DNA of 64,000 bases from Trichosphaerium sp. ATCC 40318 (lineage: Eukaryota > Protista > Tubulinea), in assembly GCA_038496445.1 (NCBI GenBank), contig JALMLS010000487.1:62001-126000 (forward strand), read 5' to 3'. This document shows, one piece after another, positions 11,632 through 23,010 of the stretch. Each line of letters starts with the position of its first letter. The first letter of the stretch is position 1. A program made the position numbers and the translations under genes. The notes under the pieces are model-generated. The model was not told where the DNA came from. It did no database searches and saw only the letters and a program-made list of their open reading frames with translations.

Positions 11632-12045
11632 GACAAGACACAAGAGGAGAAGTATGAAGAGGGATGTGATTTGGTATAAAAGTTTTATTTTTGTTATACA
11701 AGAGGCTTGTACGCCTTTACAGTGTTGGGGATTAGTAATCCCTTGAGTGTAGAAGTAGATTGGTGTTACTATTGAGTTGTGAATCAAAAAGTCGCGCGGT
11801 ATTTTGATTCACACGAAGGTCTTGGCTTCGTATAGGTGATGTTTTGGCGCTAGTAAGCGACTTACACGAGCGGATCCGTAGTCCGACGTAGATACTGCGA
11901 GCTTAGTCGACTTACGTAGAAGTAATGTACGGTCTTAGCCGTGGCTTATAGCCAGAGAGAGAGGGAGTTCTTTGACTCCAAAAGTAATAGCACGAAAGGT
12001 GCCGAGTGTAGGTTGATATTAAGAGTACTTACCTTATGCTAAAAT

Positions 12046-12057
12046 CCAGTGTCGCCA
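12046..12057 (-). other. Putative primer-binding site
   Basis: TGGCGACACTGG begins 2 nt after the 5' LTR on the minus strand. Confidence 0.7.
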
Positions 12058-12059
12058 CG

Positions 12060-12206
12060 TGTCGTATAACTTAGCTAGGGTTATAGGACGAGTTGTTGCA
12101 GGTACGAGGTAAGGAGAATTCTAAGTTTATTAATCTTATTACAAAATAAGGAACTTCGTTATATTCAGATAACGAATGACGGATATGAATGTGTTCATAT
12201 ACGACA
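12060..12206 (-). repeat. 5' LTR (147 bp)
   Basis: Identical to 4876-5022. Confidence 0.95.
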
Positions 12207-12986
12207 CACGTTTTAGAGTAATTACACAGAGACCACAGTCCGAGGGTCGTAAGTATAATATTGGCTCACAGTTATAAATGGACTTATCACGGACTTGGTC
12301 TAGAGTTAAAAAAAAGTAAGTTCGGACAGGACCCTATTATTATTTGGCACCCCTGACTGAAAAATAAAGGTCCGTTTTCAATCACGGATTTTCTACCATG
12401 AAATTTTCTATCATCAAAGAAGTAGTCTTGATTGAAAACACTAAATTCTATTTATTTATGGACTATGGGTCTCATAATACACCTTGTAGGGGTTTAGTCA
12501 TGGCTAGAGAAAGCGATTGAATACAGATTGAAAGAAAGATAAGGTGCAACTTAACTACCATTAAACAGCACAAGCACAACATGAGCAACAAGTCCTCACT
12601 TCCATTAAGCGCAAATGGAATGTTGAAGTACCAGATAGTAGGTACCAAAGACCTGGAGTTCGCATTATTCAGTGGCAGTGAAGAATTACTGCAACACTTA
12701 AAAGAAAATCTACCTGCCCCAAAGTGGAATGAGTTCCTAAGCAGTCTGGACAACACCAGCAAGCTACTGGACATTCAAGCGAAAAAAAGGATCCTTCAGG
12801 ACATACTAAAAACAATGAAGGACATAGAGTACGCATAAAGGCCGGTCTGTGGACTCATAAGGCTGAAAAACCCCCCTGTCAACAAAAACAAGGCCTCACT
12901 TTTTTTTTTTCTATTTTCAAAAATCAATCATAATCAATCTTAGTAACTTCTATGTAGCAAATCTGCCCCTAAATGGGTGGCAACTA

Positions 12987-14267
12987 TGAATTACTTGGAG
13001 ATGACATTGAAGAAGGTCAGTGTACTGGCACAGAAGCAATATAGAGCAAGAACCACTGCATTGGGTATTACTGGATCAAGTACTTTTGAAATTTTTGTTT
13101 TTTTGCAATAGAGGACTGCGCTGGTCCTAACTTTCTACTAGGTAAAAGAAACAAGTCAGCACCAACATCAACTTCCACCAAGAGACGCACAGTGACACCC
13201 ATCAACGAAAACTCTCCAAAGAGAAGGAAGATGGACCCTGAGTTAGATGGTAAGTGTAATCATATAATTTTCGTTTATCAGACTCGGACCCTACAGTAAT
13301 CAATCTAATGTGGACACAGGGACCCCAAAACACCCCTGTCTAAAAGAATGTGGACACAACCATAAGGAACACACTCTCCAAAGCGAAATAAGTGGTAGTG
13401 ATAGCACCAAGATGGAAGTGTCTTATTGTGATGATGAAGGTAGGCTTTTTAACTAAATAGATATCTGTAAAAAAAATCAACCTAACAACTAAAAATAGAT
13501 GATTTTGAGCTTCTTTCCCCTTACCTCAAGCGGACTCAGGACCTATCAGAACCAGTAGGTATATATGACAGACACATATACAGGCGGACAGGGGCGCCTA
13601 AAAGTAGACCTGTCCTTCTGTTAACACACCTTACTTACTTACTTTTTTTGGACAAGGGTGTATTTATTAGTCCTTAGTCCTCAAGGGTGTATTTATTAGT
13701 CCTTAGTCCTCAAGAGTGTATTTATTAGTCCTTGGTCCTCAAGAGTGTATTTATTAGTTCCAGTCCTTATTAGTATAATTATGAGTCCCTGATCCTTATT
13801 GTAGGTATGTTGCTATTCGAAGACTTAAGAATGCCATTGAAGATGGCAATACTGAAATACATGAAGAGCCCAACTCTGCTGATATGGTTGTTCTGTATGC
13901 TGCGCTCAACTGTCATGACCTTAAGAATATGACTATTCCAAAAGTGACAACTGCATATTTGCACACTCTTGCCAACTCCCGTAAAAGGACAGTTAGAAGA
14001 CATATGCAGAAATTACTTAATGGAAAAGGCCATTCAACCATACTGTGTAAGTTTTGCGGTCAAAACTGCACTCATCATTTCTTTGTGCATTGTGTGTTTG
14101 TTAAGGCATTTCCTGAGTATGATGTTGTCGGTACACTAGCAACTGCAAGTGAATTGCTAGCCATCAAAAATCAACCACTACCAACAGATACAGCTTTGTA
14201 CATTAAGGAATTCAAGCGCATGTACCTTGCAATAACTGGCAAAGAACTGGAGGATGAAGACTTTTAA
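12987..14267 (+). CDS. Multi-exon hypothetical gene or pseudogene ending in a CxxC...HxxxxC zinc-finger-like motif
   Basis: GT-AG-bounded exons from ~12987; terminal exon ~13805-14267 with CKFCGQNCTHHFFVHC; AATAAA at ~14287; one internal exon does not join cleanly in frame. Confidence 0.4.
13653..13757. repeat. 29-bp minisatellite, ~3.6 copies (intronic)
   Basis: Unit CAAG(G/A)GTGTATTTATTAGTCCTT(A/G)GTCCT at 13653, 13682, 13711 and 13740 (partial). Confidence 0.9.
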
Positions 14268-14503
14268 CAGTCATTGAACTTTATTAAATAAAAGCATTTT
14301 CTCAGTCCAAGTCCATGAGTCCATGAGTCCATAAGTCTGCAAGTCTCAGCATTTAAATTGCTAGGATCACCCTAAATTGTTGTAGGGTTAGGGTTTTAGG
14401 AGGTGGACTTGGTGTGTATTTGTTAGGTTAACTATTTTGTAATGTAGTCCAAATGGGCCGTAATCGCGAGGATGTGAGCCTCCGCCCGTACAGGATCAGT
14501 AGG

Positions 14504-15100
14504 TCAAGTGGTAAAAGCTGACCAAGTTCGTATATAGTTTTTGGTAACGTTGGATTGTAGAAGCGCCGTAGCACTTTCGCCAACAAATTTGGCGGTAAAC
14601 GAGGCGCATGAGCGCATGCTGCCACCATTGTAAACGTGATTATACTCAAGCCAGACCATCCTTAAAAGGACCAGCAGCCGAACTTGTTCGGCATCTTGGA
14701 GGTTGGCGAGTTGGTAAAGGTTTGACGGATTATACGTGAATTTCAAGTTTAACCTCGCGCACGTGATAATCGCCAAGGCAGAGGGTGGTGAGTAGAAGAG
14801 TATCCAAGTGTTGGTGATCTGAGGCGTGCTATAAGAGCACTTTAAAGTGCGTAGTATGGCACGGTGGGCTAGGTCACGCAACAATGGGATGGTAGAAAAG
14901 AAAGCGCTTTGTAAGCGCTTGAAGGTTCTGGCAGTGCCTGGGTACATTGCTAGTGTACCGGCTACTGCTGGCGTAAGCTCTTGCTTAGGCTGATATAGAT
15001 GCCAATAGAGCTTTTTTGCAGGTCGTGGGAACTTCTGAGGCGTTTTGTATTTAAGCTGTACTAAGCTTCGAAGTTCATCACGTTTGTTACATAACCATTA
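14504..15100 (-). mobile_element. Non-LTR retrotransposon (L1/Tx1-like) ORF2 C-terminal remnant
   Basis: Intronless, GC-richer open frame with AKKLYWHL...RDLAHRAILRTL...LLRMVWLEYNHVYNG, resembling the zf-RVT/IWxxRN C-terminus of LINE ORF2. Confidence 0.5.
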
Positions 15101-15947
15101 CAGCAGTAGTAACGTGGGCTACCGTACATTGTGAGGACCTTCCCAGTAGCTGGTACAAACAGGACCAGTATCATATATAAATCTAACCTTATTCTATCAA
15201 AATGGGTTTGTTTACCGTTCTCCCATCTCGTGGTGAGTAAATTTTTAGCACATTACTGAATTGGCCGAAAACATCAACTTAGCAGAAAGTGTCAAAGACC
15301 TCACAGGAAATAATAACACCCTGAAGCTATACAATATCAACCTCACGGACAGTGTCCAAGATCTAAAGCAAGACAACACTAGCCTAAAGGAGAGGAATGC
15401 CATTCTACTGGTAAAAATAGCGCTCTTTGAAAGTACGACAAAGTAATTGTATGCACTGTAAGCACAATATCATTTATCAATAAACAACCCTAGTATAAAC
15501 TGTACTTTGTTTACACTTCAAATTTATAGCCAACAATTTGGTTTGGCGTACTGAAGATAAAGGATACTTATACGTGCATGTTCAAATGGTAATTTGTTCA
15601 ACTTATTGTTTAAAATTTTTGGTGGCGCAGGCCAATTAGAATTTCATAATTTATGGCGTACCGCATAAATTTAAGCCCTAATTTTTTCTAGAATACACTA
15701 AGACATCAATGCGAGTCTTTTTAATTGCTGAGATGAATGCGAGATTAGTTCTTCGTTTTGGCTCAAGTTTTACGAAACACGTGCGTTTTATCTCGCGGTA
15801 AAAATACAGAAAAAAATAGGAATTGTAAGATTTATGGCAAACACGGTCAAGTTCAGTTCTGATTTTTTCCACAACAGATCTACATGTCAATACGCGTGTT
15901 TTATATTTTCAAACTGACATTCAATTTGTAAACATCCTCGTTTTAGC

Positions 15948-16312
15948 TAACGCCCTTCCGTTATGAATGAATAATTTGAATATTCAAATACAGCCTATAT
16001 TCACAAATATTCATGACTAAAAAAATTCATTCATTATTCATGCACACAGTAAACGGTCGAAAATTGTGCAATTTGATGGCTGATTTTGACTGGATTTGTG
16101 GGTTTTGGTGTTCTGTTGACTATTCCGATTCGGTTTTCAAATGCAACTTGTTGAATCTATCCATTTGGAACATCGCTAGGTGCTACAAACCAAAAGCTCC
16201 TCAACATCCTGACACACCAAACGCCCATGAATATTCATGAATGAATATTAATGAATATGGCTTACGGGACAATGAATATGAATATTGCTTGTATTCATAA
16301 CGGAAGGGGTTA
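15948..16312. mobile_element. Non-autonomous DNA transposon (MITE), hAT-like, 365 bp
   Basis: TIRs TAACGCCCTTCCGTTATGAAT / ATTCATAACGGAAGGGGTTA; 8-bp TSD GTTTTAGC (15940-15947, 16313-16320); multiple GAATATTC/ATGAATA subterminal motifs. Confidence 0.85.
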
Positions 16313-17201
16313 GTTTTAGCTGCAAAAAAACCACAAAGAAGGCATAATATCAGGCTTGACAAATCGATTTTTGGCCTGATTCTTTGCACACTAATGCGAC
16401 TGCGCATATAAAACTACAATAAAAATAATTTCTCCACTTGGGAAGTGAGTATTAACTCATTGGCTCTTATTCAGGTAGCTTTGTCTTTAGTTTACAGTAA
16501 ATTTTAAATTAACAATACTGTGTAAGATATTGTCTGCTTCAGTCAAGGTAAGTTGCAGTTGTTTTCGAACGGCTTTGTAACCTTTTCCTATGTTAAGGTG
16601 ATGTTCGCCTTTCAATTAAGCTGTGACAACTTGGGTAGTGATGTTAACAGTCGCTGCCGAAAAATTTTGAGTCGACTTGATACGCGTTTTAGGCCTGACA
16701 GGCACGAGTCACAGACGTAGAAACAATCAACCAGTAAAACAAAAGAATATTTGCCACAAACACAATAAAACTCGAGCTGACGGACAGATCAGGCAGTAAC
16801 TGGATTTTGTTGTTAAAAGTCAGTACGCTTAAAACTTGAATGAAACAGACGTTACAAATTTCTCAATAAACTGTGTAACGTTATGGCTCACACGTTTGAG
16901 GCTGGTTTACTGGTCCTGTCAAAACTGCAAACCTATAGGCTGTGAAATTTGTTTAACAGACTCAAATAGTCTACGAAGTAGTCATTTCTTTAATGTTACG
17001 TTCCACATCTTCTGAGGCAATAAAGAGATAATAGCATGCTGTTTAATGTAGGTCCTTATGCAAGAAAGCATCAAAAGGTTTTTGGCTCATTCTTAGTTGA
17101 TAAATGGTCATGGTATGCTAGCTATAACTTTACAAGGCTCACTAGCAACAATACGATTTGAATTTATTTGAATACACAATTATTTGAGCTCATGTTGTTC
17201 A

Positions 17202-20200
17202 TTAGAGTTGCAATTCAGCAAGTAGTTTGGCAATTCTTTCCTCAAAAGCTAAATTCGCTTGTTTGAGCTCTTCCAGTTTAGCAGTTTTTTCTTCTAGAGC
17301 CAAATTCGCTTGTTTAAGCTCTTTCAGTTTAGAGTTGTCTTCTTCTAGTTTAGCAATTCTCTTGAGTTGCTTGGTGCTGTTTTCTTCATGGTTGGCATTG
17401 GTTTTTTGTAGCATTGTGTTCACCTCTTGCAATTTGGTGTGTGATTCCTCAAGGTCTTGTTTTAGCTTTTCAACTTGTTCTTTTAAGGATGGAACAAACT
17501 GATCTTGCACGCTTAGTTGTTCAGGTTGATTTGGCTTTGCAGCTGCCCATAATTTTCTTAAAGAGTATAAGTTTAAGTTACTTTTGTTTATGCAGTACCG
17601 TTCAGTTAAGAAAGCCTCATCAGGCAAGTCATCTGACTCGCTGACATCATCAAGCAAGTCATACAACACTGTGCCATCTTCAGATTTTGCAATCTCTTTT
17701 TTGTCTCCTGTATGTTTGTTGATACTTGCGTTGGAAGTATTGGTATTTTTGGTTAGTTTCTTCTTCTTGGTTTTCTTGTTTGATTTCTTTTTTAAGGGTT
17801 TTTTCTGAACCCGTTTCTTTGGTTTCTTTACAACCTTAATGACATAACGTGCAACAGCTTGAACATCTAAACAAACAATAAATACAATGCTACATTGTAG
17901 AATGTTACCTTGAGCCACAACCAACTCATCACACGGATACTTATCAACATCTTCTTTTACTGCTTGTCCCTTGTTGTTTACCACTGCATAATGACTTTGG
18001 TATCCTGGTTTAATAGGTCTTCCCTTAAGGTTGTTTAAGTCTCCAGGTTTCTCTATTACCTAGTATTTCTTAAATATAATGTACAGAACCAGCATGTGTA
18101 CTGGATATATGTTGCCAGGTGTGACTAGACTCAAAATAAGTGTTTTTTCAGCTGAATCACGGTCATAAGAACAAGCATATGTGATACTACTCTATTGTAA
18201 AATATTAGAAACAGAATCAGTTTTTGTACTTGTACGGTAAAGTAGATTCCTTGTCCATAATATCCAGCATCCAATGCACATACAGTTCCAAACCCAGCTT
18301 TTACAATACTCTCAGCAGCCTCAGCACTTGTTCCATGCACCATTAACATAACAGGTAACTGAACAATTGATTATGCAAGGATTGTTAAAGAAGCGAATAC
18401 CTCTGTGTTATTAGCTGAGCTTTCAACAGCAGTCAACGATGAAAACTTTTTTGCAATACTTGTTCGAGCATCGCCTTGCCAATCTTTCTTACAAAATAGT
18501 TTGGGCACTTCTCTAAAAACAAAGAGTCAATACTTTCTAAAACATTATGGACATACTGGTGCCTGTGTTTAAGTATTGTGTTGTACATGCCAAAGTTTCT
18601 AAGTAATACATCATTGCAAACAAGTTGTGCTGATACAAGTTTGACTTGATCATATCCATGCATTTTTGACAGTTGGTCATGAAGAAACGCCAATTCTCTT
18701 TGGGCTGCAGTAGTCTCAGTGAACAGATCCAATGTCCTGTAGTGAGTTGCCATTTCATCAAAACCCCTTCAAAAGAGTTAAATGCAATAAAGGTGAACAA
18801 ACTCAACTTGTTTTTAGACCGATCCCAGCCATGTGCATAATCCAATCGTTTTTTTAATCCCCAAACTGTTGTACTTTTTAATCCTTGAAAACAGGTCAAA
18901 TAGTTAAAATAGCGTTGCATATACCTGATGTAGTGTTTTTTACTCTCTTAGGAATTATAGGGTGAATAGCTGTTTGTTTTCTCCACATCTTATCTGGTAA
19001 ATCAAATAAAATACCTTCCATCAGTTCTCCTTGTTTAACCCAAAAGTTCTATCAATAAAACAATCAATAGTTTGTCCTTAGTAAAGAGATGTGTTTGTAC
19101 CGGAGATTGTACTAATGTGCGATTGTAAGTACAAATCAATGCACAAATACCTTTTTGAATTGCAAGTTTGAAGTAAGAACGTGTAGGCTTGAGGTATGAT
19201 TAGTCAACATTTGTTGATATTAAAAAGAAGTACCAAGTACTGTAACCATTTTGCAAGATTGTATCTCCATTTTGGACTCTCTGTATCATATGATAGCCAT
19301 AGCTTGTGACACTGCTGCTGATCTCTTGGAAAGTGTGCCAAGAGAGTTTCAAAAAGATTAGTATAAGCAGGATCATTGTCAACCGCTTTTATCAGTATTG
19401 TTTTGAAATCAATTGTTTTTTTACTCATAGTACGTGAGAAAACATCACTTGCATTTGATAAAATGAGAAATGCTGAGGTTTGTTTATACAACGCTAATAT
19501 TGTGTTAACATTATCGTATTGTAGTAATATATAATGACCTGCATAGAGTAAGGGAACCCAACCTTTGTTATCAGTTGCTGCAGCGTCTGCTTGGCATTCA
19601 ATTAACTGTGTGATGCACTCACAATGACCATTTTTTGCTAAAAGTGTCAAAATAAGTGTTTTCCAGAGGAATGTAAGCACCAGCAATATGTAAAGCTGTG
19701 CGGCCTTCATTATCTGTAGCATTGATGTTTGCCTTTGCATTGAACATCAATTTGACAATATCTGTGTGTCCATTCAGTGCTGAGAAGTGTGAGTAACATA
19801 CACGCTATATATTTAAACCACTCTACCTGCTTGATGTAAAGCTGTGCGGCCTACATCATCTGTAGCTTTAGCATTTGCCTTTGCATTGATCATCAATTTG
19901 ACAATATCTGCGTGTCCATTCAGTGCTGAGAAGTGTAAGTTATGTTGTGTATTTACAATACGGAACCTGCATAATGTACGGCTGTGCGGCCTTCATTATC
20001 TGTAGCACTGACACTTGTCTTTGCATTGATAAACAATTTGACAATAGCTGTGTGTCCCTCCTGTGCTGAGAAGTGTGAGTTATGTTGTATATTTACAATA
20101 ATGTACCTGCATAATGTACGGCTGTGCGGCCTTCATTATCTGTAGCATTGATACTTGCCTTTGCATTGATAATCAATTTGACAATAGCTGTGTGTCCCTC

Positions 20201-21447
20201 CTGTGCTGAGAAGTGTGAGTAATATATGTTGTATATTTATGGCATTGTACCTGCTTTATGTAAAGCTGTCTGGCCATCACTATCTTTAATATTTACATTT
20301 GCTCTGATCAATAGTTGAACAATATGTGTGTGTTCATACTGTGCTGAGAAGTGTAAGTAATATATATTGTATATTTATGGCATTGTACCTGTGTGTAGCA
20401 ACAGTTCAACCACTTTTGTGCGTCCATTCCGTGCTGAAAGTGTGAGTAACATACATTGTATATTTACAACTCTGTACCTGCAAAATGTAGAGCTGTATTG
20501 CCACTATTATTTGCAATAATATTTGCATTTGCATTGAACAACAGTTCAACAACATCTATGTGTCCATTCCGTGCTGAAAAGTGAGTAACACACATTGTAT
20601 ATTTACTCTTTACCTGCGAAATGTAAAGCTGTATTGCCATTACTATTTGTGGCATTGATATTTGCATTTTCATCTACCAACAGTTTAACAACATCTGTGC
20701 ATCCATTCCATGCTGAGAAGTGTGAGTACATTGTATATTTACAATACTGTACCTGCATAATGTAAAACTGTATAGCCAAAGACTGGAGCATTAGCATTGA
20801 TATCTATTTTAGCTTTGATAAATAATTTAACAATTTGTGTGTGTCCCTCTTGTGCTGAGAAGTGTGAGTAACATTTATTGTATATTTACGGCATCGAACC
20901 TGCATAATGTAAAGGTGTACAGTGATGGCTATCTAGAGCATCGATATTTGCGCTTGCGCAGATCAACAATTTAACAATATGTGTGTGTCCCTCTTGTGCT
21001 GAGAAGTGTGAGTAATATGCATTGTATATTTACAATACTGTACCTGCTTTATGTAAAGCTGTATAGCCATCATTATCTGTATCATTGCCATTTGCATTAG
21101 CATGTAAAAAGCTCAACATAATATTGGGCAAACGATATTTAGCTAAATTAGGTTGATATGTAAACATTTATCCATACAAACCTGAAAACCATAGAATTTT
21201 ATTGGCTGTCTCTTCATTATATGTCCTTTTCTGTAGTTTAGTATTAACTACAAATAAATTGTAAATGACCAATACTGCCTAAGATATTATTTCACCTGAT
21301 GTGATATTGAACGTTGCTCTCTGCCATACCAGTTCTGTAGAGTATTATGCATTAATGATTAGCAAACAAAAAACAGTTCATGCCTTTTTGTTTGTGTTTT
21401 TCTTCTTTGTGCTGGTTTGACATGAGATGTCGCTTTTGGCGATACAT
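17202..21447 (-). CDS. Ankyrin-repeat / PARP-like ADP-ribosyltransferase / coiled-coil protein, copy 1
   Basis: 12 ankyrin exons, a helical linker, ART motifs VHGT, YYGQGIYFT, SITYACSY and CDELVVAQ|DVQAVARYVI, then Lys-rich and coiled-coil C-terminus; spliced by eye, start uncertain. Confidence 0.85.
19539..21142 (-). repeat. Tandem exon+intron ankyrin array (12 exons)
   Basis: Exons 21142-21044, 20998-20900, 20854-20753, 20712-20614, 20573-20478, 20433-20389, 20343-20251, 20205-20107, 20065-19967, 19925-19827, 19779-19681, 19637-19539 (99,99,102,99,96,45,93,99,99,99,99,99 nt), all phase 1-1. Confidence 0.9.
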
Positions 21448-22344
21448 GAAGTATTTCAGTTGTCCTACGCTTTTATTGAGATATGTGTTACGAGCTGGCT
21501 TGAAAAAAACCGTTTTTCTTCTACGGGCTACATAGTTGACTTAATACCAATGCATGATTTTTTAGCCATTAAAAACTGTTCAAAGTCTCACCTCCAATAG
21601 AAGGTGCAGAGCTATTATTTATTTGTGATACTAAATACAATCAAAACTTTGGTTTTAAGATCAATAGAAGAGCATTTAAAGATTTTAGCGCTGCATTTTC
21701 TCATTCTTTATGCTGTTTTTTTGCAAAAGTTCAAAAATACCTCAAAAAGAAATGACGCTAACAACAGACAAAAAGTGAAGAAGTCCAACGCATTACATCC
21801 ATACACTGCCTGTTTAAAAAGCGCTACATATATTTTACTACGACTGTTCCGACGCGTTGTTCGGAAGGTCTTTGTCGTGGCTTATACTCTATCGTTTTTA
21901 CATGCCCAAGCGCTTGATAGTTAGCTGTGTATAACAAACCAAACCGCACAGAATCCACTTTTCAATCGATAGGTCGATTGAACGCAAAAAACGCCTGTGA
22001 CCATTTTGTACATATGTACCACAAACTTCTTGCTTTACCTGTGAGAAGCACACCTATACGCTTCCGTCCCATAGAGCACAAATGAGCCAAAAAATACATT
22101 CAGTTAAGGTCACATTCAATAGGGAGTTAGCAAATCATGAATTGGTGTTAAGTGCTTACGAAAACATGCATTGGTATTAAGTAAAGTATGTAGCCGATAG
22201 TTCTTGTTTAGCAAAATGGTCACGTGGTAGATTTTTGCGTTTAAATATTTGTTTTTATTCAAAGATTCGCCCAAATGCTATCGCTCTACTAGCGTAGAAC
22301 CACTAGAAGTTTTGCGTGCCAACTACAATAAAAGCAGGTTCTTA

Positions 22345-22640
22345 CGTGCCTTTTTGATCTTTTTTATCACGTGGAAGCGTAACAATCGTATATAAAGCGT
22401 CGTTTAAGTATTTTGAGTTTGTATGCTGCGACTGTGGTGGTTAAATAATGTAACACAACTAGTTCCTTTTTTTTTTCGAAACACGTTTGCGAACAGTCGT
22501 ACGAAGGAAATTCACCCATAAATTCAAACTGCGGTATATCGAAGAGGTTGTTAAAGAACGTATCGTGAGATACAAGAATTTTTAAGGTTGTTTTTCGAAT
22601 TCACGTGAAGTCTGAAAGTGTTCGAAAAAAAAGTCCAAAC
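22345..22640. repeat. Upstream block homologous (inverted) to ~46200-46510
   Basis: Segments such as ATCACGTGG(A/T)AGC, TTTGAGTT..TGCGAC and CGAACAGTCGT(A/T)CGAAGGAAATT..TAAAGAACGTA match the reverse complement of 46320-46492. Confidence 0.7.
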
Positions 22641-23010
22641 ATTCGGTTTGGCGTTATTTCAGGCCAAATCCAGCGTGCTCAATCGCCGCTGGCTATCCCC
22701 CCATGCAACCCTTTTGAACTAAGACAAACACATCTATGTGACGGTTTGCAAAACTGTTTTTCAACAATATCGACAAATGACACAAAATCTACAGTTTTTA
22801 TGTTTAGCCTTTTTTAAAGTGTTTGTACTCGCTTGTGGACTTGAAAGTTTAAAATAAGAGGGTATGATGAGCGTGACATTATTTCTTTTTTGTTCTGTTG
22901 TTCGGCAACCATACAGTAATCCATTTACATCATTTAGCAAGAAATTTATTACAATAACAAGGTGGTATCTCTATAAAAATTGGTAATTTCATTTTTGTTT
23001 TTTTCCGTTG

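Larger units (their letters stand above)
4876..12206 (-). mobile_element. Full-length Ty3/Gypsy (Metaviridae) LTR retrotransposon, ~7.33 kb
   Basis: Two identical 147-bp LTRs (TG...CA), 4-bp TSD CACG (4872-4875, 12207-12210), PBS-like TGG and PPT, gag followed by PR-RT-RH-IN. Confidence 0.97.

Noticed and set aside
5080-11746. Several plus-strand ORFs antisense to gag/pol (e.g. 5080-5493, 9178-9630)
   Set aside because: Shadow ORFs of the long coding strand; no env-like or other motifs
14383-14402. TAGGGTTAGGGTTTTAGG telomere-like sequence
   Set aside because: Fewer than three units; compatible with chance
15261-15446. Short coiled-coil ORF with internal repeat
   Set aside because: Looks like an orphan terminal exon; cannot be linked to a gene or shown homologous to the ANK-ART tails
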